NCBI GenBank assembly: GCA_049472335.1
Contig: JBLIRO010000004.1
Span: 14,368 to 78,367 of the forward strand
Length of the DNA stretch: 64,000 nt
Reading direction: 5' to 3'
From: a bacterium
Lineage (GTDB): Bacteria; SZUA-182; DTGQ01; JAFGSM01
Part shown: piece after piece, positions 37,664 to 47,196 of the stretch
How positions within the stretch are numbered: position 1 is the first letter of the stretch
How the letters are laid out: the number at the start of each line of letters is the position of its first letter
Position numbers and translations under genes: made by a program
The notes under the pieces: model-generated
Seen by the model: only the letters and a program-made list of their open reading frames with translations
What the model was told of the DNA's origin: nothing
Databases searched by the model: none

Positions 37664-39604
37664 TTACGTATTAGTTTGTAAATTGTCTCTATTGATGTTA
37701 ATAGGTAAATTGATTGTAAAACAAGTCCCTTTATCAATTTCGCTTTCCACTTTTATCTCGCCATGATGATCCTCAATGATGGCATATGCAACATAGAGCC
37801 CCAGTCCGCTTCTTTCTTCATCGGATTTTGTTGTAAAAAATTGTTCGAATATATGAGGGATGTGTTCTTCAGGAATCCCTGTCCCTGTATCGCTGATTTT
37901 TATAGAAATTTTGTCCTGATCGTTCTTTAATCCTTCATTATCTATATCTATAGATTGGGTTCGGATGGAGATAATACCTCCTTCATGCATTGATTCCACG
38001 GCATTGGTGAAGATATTAACAAAGGCCTGGATCAACTCTCTGCTATTCCCCATTATCCGAGATTTTTTTGCAGAGTAATCGCCTTTTATATCTATATTAT
38101 CCATATTGACCTGATATCCGGTGAATAATAAAGACTTGTTGAGAATTTCATGAATATCGATCATGCCCATAGAGTGATCAGAAGGGATGGAATACCAAAG
38201 AAGGTCCTTAACCAATTGACCTATCCTGTCAGCATCCTCTTCAACCTTCGAGAGATTGCCTGTAAGCTCCGATATCCCTATCCTCTCTGTCCTGGTCATA
38301 AGAAGATGTGTATATGTAGACAGAGACGCCAATGGATTGTTGATATCATGGGCCATACTGGCAGCCATAGTTCCAAGGGAAATCATCTTTTGCGATTGGA
38401 TAAACTGTTTTTTAAGTTTTTTGGTCTTGGAAAGCTCCTTGGCAATACCGGAGACTCCGTAAACATTCCCATTAATATCCTTTATTAAGGAAATAGTTAA
38501 ACTGATTGGAATAGGTTCTCCGGACATGCTTATGATTTGCGTCTCGTAATTGCTGATTGATTCACATTTTTTTACCCATTGAAAAAGATTTTGCATCTTC
38601 TTCCTATCCTTTTCCGCAAACAGGAAATCCCATGGCCGGCCGATCGACTCCTGGGAGCTAAATCCGAACATCATCTCCGCGCCTTTATTCCATGTGACGA
38701 CAACACCGTCCAGGTCGCACCCTATGATTGCATCTGTAGAGTTTTCAACCAAATAACTAATATATCCCTGGGCTCGGTTCAGCTCGTCCTTTAAACGGAT
38801 TTTTTGAGTGATGTTTTCCGCGATAATGACAGCTCCAACAGTCTCTTCTTCCTTTTTAATGGGTGAGAATTTATAATTGGCATATATTTCATCACCATCC
38901 GGTTTTTTTGTTTTAAGATGACCTAATTCTGTAACCTCACCATTATGAATCACTGATTTGATCCGTCCCGATACCTTTTCCCATCCCAGGGCAGGTATAA
39001 TATCAAAAAGGTTTGAACCGATCGCTACAGATCCGTCTATGCTCAAAATATTGCTTATCCCGGGATTCCAACTGGTAATTATAAATCCTTTATCTATGGT
39101 AATTATGCCCAATGTGATGCTTTGAAGTATTTTTTCATGAAAGGAGATTAGTTCATGAAATTCTTTGGTTCTATTGGAAAGATTCTTGTTGGCCTCCAAA
39201 AGCTCGTTCTGCATTTGGTTGAATCTTTCTTTAAGTTGTTTATGTTTTATTACCTGATCCACCATCACAAGGATTTCCTTCCCTGTTACAGGCTGAAGAA
39301 GCCTCCCTCCCTCTTCTCCGTTCGAAAAAATACTATCGAATTTGTCTTGATCATTATTGGGTACAAGATGAATAATAGAGGTTTCTGAATAATTTTTGCC
39401 AAGACTTGGAATAAGATCAGGACGATCCTCAATCCATATTCTGCTATCCAAAAGAACCACGTCCTGGGGATTCGAATGCAGTTGTGATTCCATTTCAGAA
39501 AGATTGGAGACCTTTGTTACAAGATAATCATGTTTATAAAGAGCAGTGGCTGACTCTTCAAGCAGTCCTTCATCTTTTATTACTACCAAAATCCTCTCTT
39601 TCAC
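37664..39604 (-). CDS. Sensor histidine kinase with an N-terminal receiver-like domain and two PAS domains
   Basis: H-box MAHDINNPL, N-box FTNAVESM, G-boxes DTGTGIP and GLGLYV. PAS-like repeats in the middle. The N-terminal 120 aa are REC-like. Confidence 0.9.
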   Translation of the reverse strand: MKERILVVIKDEGLLEESATALYKHDYLVTKVSNLSEMESQLHSNPQDVVLLDSRIWIEDRPDLIPSLGKNYSETSIIHLVPNNDQDKFDSIFSNGEEGGRLLQPVTGKEILVMVDQVIKHKQLKERFNQMQNELLEANKNLSNRTKEFHELISFHEKILQSITLGIITIDKGFIITSWNPGISNILSIDGSVAIGSNLFDIIPALGWEKVSGRIKSVIHNGEVTELGHLKTKKPDGDEIYANYKFSPIKKEEETVGAVIIAENITQKIRLKDELNRAQGYISYLVENSTDAIIGCDLDGVVVTWNKGAEMMFGFSSQESIGRPWDFLFAEKDRKKMQNLFQWVKKCESISNYETQIISMSGEPIPISLTISLIKDINGNVYGVSGIAKELSKTKKLKKQFIQSQKMISLGTMAASMAHDINNPLASLSTYTHLLMTRTERIGISELTGNLSKVEEDADRIGQLVKDLLWYSIPSDHSMGMIDIHEILNKSLLFTGYQVNMDNIDIKGDYSAKKSRIMGNSRELIQAFVNIFTNAVESMHEGGIISIRTQSIDIDNEGLKNDQDKISIKISDTGTGIPEEHIPHIFEQFFTTKSDEERSGLGLYVAYAIIEDHHGEIKVESEIDKGTCFTINLPININRDNLQTNT

Positions 39605-39694
39605 TGCCGCCTCCTACACAGATTTATTAATAAAATCATCTTTTTTCTTTGAAATAATGATGGATTCGTTTCATTCGTAAATATACCATTATTA

Positions 39695-40564
39695 TCAAGG
39701 AATAACCTTACTTAAAGGATATTCTACAATCCCTGTCGCACCTGCCCTTTTAAGGGTAGGGATAAGGTCTCTCACTGTCTTTTCATCCATAATTACCTCA
39801 ACATCAAGCCAGTCCGGATCGGTCAGATGCGATATGGTAGGAGTATGCATTGCTGGTAGAATGGATACAATATGGTCCAGGTCTGTTTTTTTTACATTCA
39901 TCTTTAGCCCCACCTTCTGTTCAGCCAATAGAGCGCTTTCCAGCAGACATGCCAAATTCTCCATTTTCCTTCTTTTCCATTCATCCTTCCATGCAACCTT
40001 ATTGGCAATCAGTCTTGTGGTGGATTCCATTATTGTTTCTATGACCCTGAGTTTATTGGCTCTTAAAGAGCTTCCCGTTTCAGTAAGTTCCACTATCGCG
40101 TCGGCAAGATCAGGCGCTTTAACCTCTGTAGCTCCCCATGAAAAGAAGACCTCCGCATTTATTCCTCTTTCCTGCAAATGCTTTTTCGTAACATGGACCA
40201 ATTCAGTCGAGATCCTTTTTCCTTCTAAATCACCGATAACATTTATGGGCGATGTTTCGGGGACAGCCAAAACCCATCTCACCGGTGTTCGGCCGGCCTT
40301 GGCATAACTTAGATTTGCCACTTCCACAACATCGGCTCCCTGTTCCATGACCCAGTCCCAACCGGTTAATCCCACATCAAGGACTCCATTGCCTACATAA
40401 ACTGCCATCTCCTGTGCTCTGATAAGCAATCCTTCCATTTCAGGATCATCAATCACCGGATAATATGATCTTGAATGGACAGTTATATGATAGCCTGCCT
40501 TACGAAACAGATTCAGGGTTGATTCCTGAAGGCTTCCTTTTGGGATACCGATTTTTAATTTCAT
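39695..40564 (-). CDS. hisG: ATP phosphoribosyltransferase (long form)
   Basis: [25 protein letters not shown], the conserved [14 protein letters not shown] block, and a C-terminal regulatory domain. Confidence 0.9.
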   Translation of the reverse strand: MKLKIGIPKGSLQESTLNLFRKAGYHITVHSRSYYPVIDDPEMEGLLIRAQEMAVYVGNGVLDVGLTGWDWVMEQGADVVEVANLSYAKAGRTPVRWVLAVPETSPINVIGDLEGKRISTELVHVTKKHLQERGINAEVFFSWGATEVKAPDLADAIVELTETGSSLRANKLRVIETIMESTTRLIANKVAWKDEWKRRKMENLACLLESALLAEQKVGLKMNVKKTDLDHIVSILPAMHTPTISHLTDPDWLDVEVIMDEKTVRDLIPTLKRAGATGIVEYPLSKVIP

Positions 40565-41577
40565 AGATTGCGTGTCCTCCGTTTCTGATATTTTAATACG
40601 GCTCTGTTATGCTGCCGTAATGTCTCGGAAAATTCGTGTGAGCCATCGTTCCTTGATACGAAATATTTGTAGTTTACATTTGCAGGATAGAGAGCGGCCT
40701 CCAGACAACCAAGACCCGGATTAGCTATCGGACCAATAGGCAGCCCCCTTATTTTATAAGTATTATATGGTGTCAATTTAACAAGGTCCTTTTTGGTAAG
40801 GTTCCCGTCAAAATTTTTAAGACCGTATATCACGCTCGGATCACACTGTAGCCGGATTCTTTCTTTTAAACGTTTGTGAAACACAGCTGAGATCAGAGGC
40901 CTCTCTTCCGGCAGCGCCGTCTCTTTCTCAATAAGAGATGCCAATATAACAATTTCATGCACAGTAAAATCCAGTTCCTTTGCCCTTTCAACGAATTCGG
41001 GCTTGAATATCTTCCAGAAATTCCTGATCATAGTATCGAGGATTCGTTTTTCCGAAATCCCTTTACTAAAGAAGTAGGTCTCCGGAAATAAATAACCTTC
41101 TACTGTAGACCCTTCGATCTTCCAATATTCCAGAATATTTGGGTCTGAACACAGGGTAAGAAAGACCTCTTTATCAGACAAATCCTTTTCCCCAAATAAA
41201 TTGGCTATCTGATAGATATTGAAACCTTCCGGGACAGTTATCTTGTGTTGAACGACACGGCCCTGTTCAAGAATATCAAGTATCTCAAAAGGGGTCATGC
41301 CTGGATTAAGATTATACTCACCTGCCTTAAGAGAGCTTTTTCCCTGGACCATACTCAGAAGATAAAATGCTGTGGCATTACGAATGAGCCCTGCAGATTT
41401 CAAAGATCTGGAAATCGTTTTAATTCCTGAGCCTTCAGGTATATTTACAATCTTTTCAGGTGTATTCAGAGAGACAGGAGTAAAAATCTTATGATAAATT
41501 ATAGTAGCAGATAATAGAAAAAGTGTCAATAAAATAATCAGGGTTAAATCTATTTTCCATATCTTATTTCCTTTCAT
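40561..41577 (-). CDS. mltG: Endolytic murein transglycosylase (YceG family)
   Basis: N-terminal TM helix. YceG motifs [27 protein letters not shown], and YFVS…GSHEFS. Confidence 0.9.
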   Translation of the reverse strand: MKGNKIWKIDLTLIILLTLFLLSATIIYHKIFTPVSLNTPEKIVNIPEGSGIKTISRSLKSAGLIRNATAFYLLSMVQGKSSLKAGEYNLNPGMTPFEILDILEQGRVVQHKITVPEGFNIYQIANLFGEKDLSDKEVFLTLCSDPNILEYWKIEGSTVEGYLFPETYFFSKGISEKRILDTMIRNFWKIFKPEFVERAKELDFTVHEIVILASLIEKETALPEERPLISAVFHKRLKERIRLQCDPSVIYGLKNFDGNLTKKDLVKLTPYNTYKIRGLPIGPIANPGLGCLEAALYPANVNYKYFVSRNDGSHEFSETLRQHNRAVLKYQKRRTRNL

Positions 41578-42035
41578 TGAACAGAGTCCAGATAGTTCTG
41601 TAAAATAAGGATTGCAGAAAGCATATCCACCTTCCCCGATCTTTTTTTCCTTGACATACCAGATTCCTTAAGGGCAATATGGGCACTACGGGACGACAAC
41701 CTTTCATCCCATGGGATAAAAGGGCAGTCTGTCCTTGATTTAAGATAATTAATGAATGCTTCGGTTTTTTCTGCCTGGCATCCCAGGCTCCCATCCATAT
41801 TCTTTGGAAGGCCGTAAATGATGCCAGTCACACCATATTTCAAAATAATATCTAAAATTACATTGGTGTCATGTTTTTTGCCCTGTCTTAAAAGGGTGGG
41901 TAATCCCTGGGCAGTTATTCCGAGAGGGTCGCTCATGGCCATCCCTATACGTTTATCTCCAATATCCAAGGCCAGTAGGCGCCCCTTTTTTGATTCCATC
42001 GTTTTTTGAAATAAAGGATCGAGAATCAGATTCAT
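41574..42035 (-). CDS. ruvX: Holliday-junction resolvase-like nuclease RuvX (YqgF)
   Basis: LLALDIGDKRIGMAMSD, GLPKNMDGS, DERLSS. 4-nt overlap with mltG. Confidence 0.9.
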   Translation of the reverse strand: MNLILDPLFQKTMESKKGRLLALDIGDKRIGMAMSDPLGITAQGLPTLLRQGKKHDTNVILDIILKYGVTGIIYGLPKNMDGSLGCQAEKTEAFINYLKSRTDCPFIPWDERLSSRSAHIALKESGMSRKKRSGKVDMLSAILILQNYLDSVQ

Positions 42036-42198
42036 TTATAGATAAATCAATTAACCGACAATATATTACTTCAGCAATGAATCAAAATCAAGAGACCTTT
42101 TACATGGTTTAAACAAATTAAATTTGACTGAGGCTCAATCCATGATATATTCTGTTTGTATCAACAAAGTATTTCGTTTTTTCCTTACACTTTACAAA
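42015..42198. repeat. Copy A (contiguous) of the ruvX 5' end plus the ruvX-ahb intergenic region
   Basis: 42015-42067 matches 50601-50653 (53 nt, 1 mismatch). 42100-42198 matches 51503-51600 (about 90% by eye, one indel). Confidence 0.9.
42124..42151 (+). promoter_or_regulatory. Sigma70-type promoter, orphaned duplicate of the ahb/hemL promoter
   Basis: TTGACT, 16-nt spacer, TATATT. Identical to the copy at 51527-51554. Confidence 0.45.
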
Positions 42199-42205
42199 TT
42201 TGGAA

Positions 42206-42365
42206 GTTTGTCTGGCAGGGTTGATAGTCAAATCGTTTCCTTCAATAGAAAGGGTGAGAATGGATTATCTCTTAACTCAAATAAAATACTTCAGGATCAC
42301 GGCTCTGGAAAAATTTCCATCAGGGAAAAGGGCAGGGCTTTATGATTTGACATTTCGTCCTGTAT
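42206..42365 (+). pseudogene. Relic fragments of hemL (58 nt) and the GT2 glycosyltransferase gene (100 nt), fused by deletions
   Basis: 42206-42263 matches hemL 52390-52447 (4 mismatches). 42266-42365 matches GT2 53922-54021 (about 10 mismatches). The track ORF 42124..42345 is a chimera of these pieces. Confidence 0.85.
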
Positions 42366-42797
42366 TAGTGTGAAAATTACAATTTTTTTTGAGTAAGCCC
42401 TTCAGCAAAAAATGTCAAGTCAGTCTTTTAATGAATTTATACGACTTTGTTAAGTTTAAAATTGACAAATTTATTTGGATTGTTAAAATTATAATTGAAA
42501 AAAATTTTTATTTACTCAAAAAGATTTGAAATATTAGAAAATTAATATTTCGGAATTTACTACTATCATTATATATATTATTATAATATAATAAAGCTAG
42601 TAAAATTTCTAAATAGAAAAAGTGATTTTAGGAAAACCGTGATTTCTTAATTCTATTCCTGCATATTTTTCATATTTCAAGCGAAAGCGAACATCAAGTT
42701 AAAAGCTTTCTAAAATAAGGTAAGTTCAATATTAAAGGTTTTAAGCAGAACATCTTTTATCTTTTTTATAATATAACATTCTTGCTGCCCTATATTT

Positions 42798-42847
42798 TCA
42801 AGTATTCTGTGTCAGATTATGTATATGATGAGACATAGGATACTTGA
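42798..42847. promoter_or_regulatory. Imperfect inverted repeat upstream of the multihaem cytochrome gene
   Basis: TCAAGTATTCTGTGTC … GACATAGGATACTTGA (14 of 16 paired, 18-nt spacer), 85-135 nt upstream of the ATG at 42932. Confidence 0.25.
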
Positions 42848-42931
42848 ACTAGAATAGAAAGGGGGTGCTTATTATGCTTTAAGATCTATATGAAAATATA
42901 CACTGTAGTTTTTTAAATAAGGAGGACTAAG

Positions 42932-45900
42932 ATGAAATATAAGTATGTTTTCATTATCTTAACTGTCCTAATATTCGCTTGCCTTTCCATATCTGTTTAT
43001 GCACGCACTATAGAGACGCCTATATTTATGCCTGGGACCCAGCCTATGGAAGTTATGAATATCACAGGTTCGACTGAATGCAGGGTGTGTCATGGAGGAT
43101 ATGACCGGAGCATAGAATCTACCTTTAACTGGGAAGGGATCATGATGGCCCAGGCATCAAAAGATCCTCTAATGTATGCTGCCCTTGCTATAGCCAATCA
43201 GGATATTCCCGATGCCGGGGATTTATGCCTCCGATGTCATGTCCCGAATGGATGGCTAAGAGGTAATTCTGTTCCAACAGATGGCTCCAAGTTTACCCCT
43301 CAGGAGTTGGAGGGCATACAGTGTGATTTTTGTCACAGGGTGGTTAATCCTCTTAGTGAGGAAGGAAAGGCCCTTGTAGAGCCCAATGTGGACAAACTCG
43401 AAAGTGGGAAATATGTTATCTCCCCAGAGAAGATTGTTAGAGGCCCCTATACAACCATTATTGCGGTCCATGATAGCACTGAGTCAGATTTTCACAAGAC
43501 AGGGGATTTCTGTGGTGTATGTCATGACGTTACCAACCCCATTTTTATAAATCCCGTTACAGGCCAGCCCGCCGCTGTTGAGCGGACCTATAGTGAATGG
43601 AAAAACAGTGATTTTGCCAAGATCGGTGCCAAAGGGAGCTGCCAGAATTGCCATATGCCTCCAAAATGGGGAACTGCAAGTGATCCTAAAAGATTTGATA
43701 CTTCTTTTCAGCAGGTCATTTTCAGGGATTATTTGAATATCCATGAATTTGTCGGAGGAAACACATTTGCCCAGCAGATTCTCCCTATGTTCTGGAATTA
43801 TGATAAAGAAGGGCTTGAGGCCTTGCAGAATACCAGGGACAAGGCCTATATCCAGCTCAGGAAGGCAGCTACAATCGACCTGGACTTTTATAATGAGCCC
43901 GCGGGGAAAAGGCTTAAGGTCACAGTTACAAACCATACCGGTCACAAACTACCAACAGGTTATCCTGAGGGGAGGCGGATGTGGATCAATGTAAAGGCAT
44001 TTGATGCTGCTGGTGATCAGATATTTGAGTCTGGCAAGTATGACTTTGACACCGGGGAGCTTATCAAGGACAAGCAAATAAAGGTATATGAGATCAAACC
44101 CGGAGTTTCTCCTAAACAGGCTGAACGCTTTGGCTTGACACCAGGGCCAACCTTTCATTTTATCTTGAATGATATGGTTTACAAAGACAACAGGATTCCC
44201 CCACGAGGTTTCACCAATGCAGCCTTCCAAGCCATAGGTGCTGAGGTTGTGGATTATCAGTATGAGGATGGTCAGTTCTGGGATGAGACTTACTACTCTA
44301 TTCCTGAGACAACAGCAAAGGTTGAGGTCGCACTGTACTATCAGACCTCTTCAAAGGAGTATATTGAGTTTCTGAGGGCTGAGAATAAGACCAATGATCT
44401 GGGTGAGGCCCTTTATATGGCCTGGGAAATGACCACAAAATCCATGCCTGTGGATACAATGGGAGATAATAAGGTTGCTGGAAATAGCTGTAGGGCATGT
44501 CATGGAGATCTCAAGAAGATGACAGATCTGGGATATCCACAGTTCTATTTCGACTGGACACAGGTCAACGCCGAGACCGGTATGTCAGCCAGTTGTGAGG
44601 ACTGCCATCTGGGTAGTCCCAAGGATTTTACACTTGAAGGCGCCCATAAGGGACTCCTGGGGCTTTTGGTGATGAAAGGGATATATAGGGATGTGGTGAG
44701 AAGAAAAGATGTTGCCGGTGATGATTATGGGAAGGTTAGATCCCTTAAATCTATCAGAGAAAGTAACAGCGATGACCCCCGATATCGGCTGAGGGTTCAA
44801 AGCCCTTTCCATATGTTGCTTTGGCATGATAAAAACCAGGAGACTTCTGCATGGAATCCGGAGATCGCAATGAAGACCTGTGGCCGGTGCCATGCCCGAC
44901 AGGTTGCAGAGTTCGTAACAACCGAGATGGGGCTGAATCTGACCATGTCCCAGTATGATCCATGGATTGTTCCTCCCCAGCCCGAAGAACCTGGCACCCA
45001 TTTAAAGATTGCCCCGCAAAGCTGCGGGCTCTGGACAGAACTTGCTGTCAAACCAGACAATGAAACATTCACAGAGACCAACCGGGAGCTCTATAACAGC
45101 ACAAGCACCAAGATTACCCCTCAATTTGAGGACCCCGTTTATCCGGAGACCTCAAATGATCCATTGACAAAGCTTCAGTCCTTGGCAAACACCAAGAACT
45201 GTATCAAATGCCACCCGGGCTGCCTTGACTGCCACTTTGTACCTTTTGCTGAAGATATCCCTGGAAGGATGGGGATCAAAAAACCTGCCGGGACACATAC
45301 ATTCACCCAGAGACCACTCCTATCAAACTGCATGGGTGGAGGAAGGGGTCAATTCTGCCATGGAGGCCCCATTGACCGCAGACGGGGAGATGGCTATCTC
45401 AAGGGGGGCTTTGCCCACGTACCACGTGTTGAAAACAGGACCGAGGATACAAAGGCATATCTGGATACACCAGACATACATTACAATGGGGATAAAAATC
45501 CGTCCAATGCAATATGTGTAGACTGCCATGGCCCCTTGCCCGGTAGAAAGGACTATGGATTAATAGGTGGAGACCCGGATGCTATCCATGGGAATATGGA
45601 TCGCAGTCCAGAACCGGAACGTTGTGCGGTTTGCCACCCAAAACAAGTAGCTGGCCATCATATAGGCAACCACAAAAACCTTACCTGTGGTGCATGCCAT
45701 ACAGTCAAGGTTGCAGGCTATGCATTCAACTTCTGGGCGCCAGGGACACGGTTTGGCATCACACCAAATCCCCTGGACCGTCATGAAAGGTATGCTGTAA
45801 ATGCCATGAATCCGGTACTTTTGAAGGATGAGGATGGCGTGTGGACACCATATCATGTAGTGCCTCATATCTCCACGCATATCGATCCAGACTATCTTGA

Positions 45901-46390
45901 TGTAAATGACTATCTCTCACCTCGCATCCTATGGAGGAATCAGCCCGATATCGGGGTATACCGTCAGCACAGGGCAAATGATTGCGTGGCTGTTACCGGA
46001 TCGTACTTTGGACCTGACTATGGAAGGGATGAGGGGCAGGTGATGGTCTGGCTGAACATCGACAAGATGGCCCATTCAATAACCCACAAGGAAAGTGATA
46101 TACCGCCCAGGACATGCAAAAACTGTCATGCTTCCGAAGGAAGCCAAAGAATCAAGGTCAGCTTTGCCTGGAATGCTGATCCTGCACTTGTATACGAGGG
46201 CCTCTATAAGGGGAGCTTCGAGATCGTTGCAGATGAGAATGGCCTCAGGATTGAGAATCTGGATGGCTATAAGCAGGATGGAACACCATCGAATGCCTTT
46301 GACCCAATGAAAGGAAAATGGTCGGTTCCTGGTAATTACATTATACCCCAGATATCCGGACCTGCAACGGGTCATCCGAGTAGTCAGTAA
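42932..46390 (+). CDS. Periplasmic multihaem c-type cytochrome (1152 aa, 14 CxxCH motifs)
   Basis: AAGGAGG RBS. Signal peptide ending SVYA. CxxCH motifs: CRVCH, CLRCH, CDFCH, CGVCH, CQNCH, CRACH, CEDCH, CGRCH, CIKCH, CLDCH, CVDCH, CAVCH, CGACH, CKNCH. Confidence 0.9.
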   Translation: MKYKYVFIILTVLIFACLSISVYARTIETPIFMPGTQPMEVMNITGSTECRVCHGGYDRSIESTFNWEGIMMAQASKDPLMYAALAIANQDIPDAGDLCLRCHVPNGWLRGNSVPTDGSKFTPQELEGIQCDFCHRVVNPLSEEGKALVEPNVDKLESGKYVISPEKIVRGPYTTIIAVHDSTESDFHKTGDFCGVCHDVTNPIFINPVTGQPAAVERTYSEWKNSDFAKIGAKGSCQNCHMPPKWGTASDPKRFDTSFQQVIFRDYLNIHEFVGGNTFAQQILPMFWNYDKEGLEALQNTRDKAYIQLRKAATIDLDFYNEPAGKRLKVTVTNHTGHKLPTGYPEGRRMWINVKAFDAAGDQIFESGKYDFDTGELIKDKQIKVYEIKPGVSPKQAERFGLTPGPTFHFILNDMVYKDNRIPPRGFTNAAFQAIGAEVVDYQYEDGQFWDETYYSIPETTAKVEVALYYQTSSKEYIEFLRAENKTNDLGEALYMAWEMTTKSMPVDTMGDNKVAGNSCRACHGDLKKMTDLGYPQFYFDWTQVNAETGMSASCEDCHLGSPKDFTLEGAHKGLLGLLVMKGIYRDVVRRKDVAGDDYGKVRSLKSIRESNSDDPRYRLRVQSPFHMLLWHDKNQETSAWNPEIAMKTCGRCHARQVAEFVTTEMGLNLTMSQYDPWIVPPQPEEPGTHLKIAPQSCGLWTELAVKPDNETFTETNRELYNSTSTKITPQFEDPVYPETSNDPLTKLQSLANTKNCIKCHPGCLDCHFVPFAEDIPGRMGIKKPAGTHTFTQRPLLSNCMGGGRGQFCHGGPIDRRRGDGYLKGGFAHVPRVENRTEDTKAYLDTPDIHYNGDKNPSNAICVDCHGPLPGRKDYGLIGGDPDAIHGNMDRSPEPERCAVCHPKQVAGHHIGNHKNLTCGACHTVKVAGYAFNFWAPGTRFGITPNPLDRHERYAVNAMNPVLLKDEDGVWTPYHVVPHISTHIDPDYLDVNDYLSPRILWRNQPDIGVYRQHRANDCVAVTGSYFGPDYGRDEGQVMVWLNIDKMAHSITHKESDIPPRTCKNCHASEGSQRIKVSFAWNADPALVYEGLYKGSFEIVADENGLRIENLDGYKQDGTPSNAFDPMKGKWSVPGNYIIPQISGPATGHPSSQ

Positions 46391-46529
46391 GATGAAGAGG
46401 GTTTCCTGGGACCTTGAAGGCCCAGGAAACCCTCTTTCTCCGTTATTGAATCATGAAAGATCATCTTTCTGTTTGTAATGAAAACCTCTTTGTATTTTTA
46501 TGATTTTTCCATGAGGAGGAGTTAGAAAA

Positions 46530-47085
46530 ATGAAAAAGATGTTTATCATTGGGATATATTTAACAGTAGTTATTGGCTTGATTCTTTTCATTTAAATCCC
46601 TTGCACAAAATGGAGAACCGTGTCCTGAAGGATTGGTGTCCGGGATGACAATCGATGAAGAGTTTGATCCGGGTTCACAAGAAATAACGCAATGTATTAC
46701 AAAGCGAAAGAAGGTTAAGGTGGTTTATCAGATTAATCAGTTATGCAGAGACAGTTCATGTACCAAACCATATGCAATTGGAAATATCAATAACGCAATT
46801 GATGATTATGAGATAACCCATGGTATGAAGCGCGGTAAAGACTATGAAATCGTTGCTATCGTGCACAGTGGTGGCGCATTGCTAGTGATAAACAATGATG
46901 CTGAAACACCCTATACGGAGAGCAATCCTTTCCAGGCAGATATGGAGGATTTAATCAGTAAGGGAGTTAAGGTCTTTTTTTATCAAAATACTGCAAGGGC
47001 AAAGGGTATGGTTACCGCACTTATAGGATCGTTATTGACCTTGCTATTGTTCTTCTTTAGAAATGGGATTATATGCAAGGAATAG
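46530..47085 (+). pseudogene. DsrE/DsrF-like (COG1416-type) small periplasmic protein gene with a frameshift after the signal peptide
   Basis: GGAGG plus ATG at 46530 encodes MKKMFIIGIYLTVVIGLILFI, then a stop at 46593. The rest (SFKSLAQNGEPCPEG…KVKVVYQIN…IVAIVHSGGALLV…GVKVFFYQNTARAKGM) continues in another frame. The family call is tentative. Confidence 0.4.
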
Positions 47086-47196
47086 AATAGCGTGGCCCGT
47101 TAATCAAATATTAAGAAGGAGGAGTCTGAATGAAAGGTTAATGATAGGCATTTCGGTTTAATGGATCAGAAAAAGATCATATAGAGGAGCAAAATC

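Noticed and set aside
42124-42345. 73-aa ORF starting MTEAQSMIYSVC.
   Set aside because: It is a chimera of a non-coding leader, a hemL fragment and a GT2 fragment read out of their native frames. The same MTEAQSMIYSVC peptide at 51527 is likewise leader sequence upstream of the real ATG at 51614.
45296-45370. CX8CH string (CMGGGRGQFCH) as a 15th, non-canonical haem site in the cytochrome.
   Set aside because: I know of no precedent for this spacing, and it could be coincidental. It is mentioned only as an aside.
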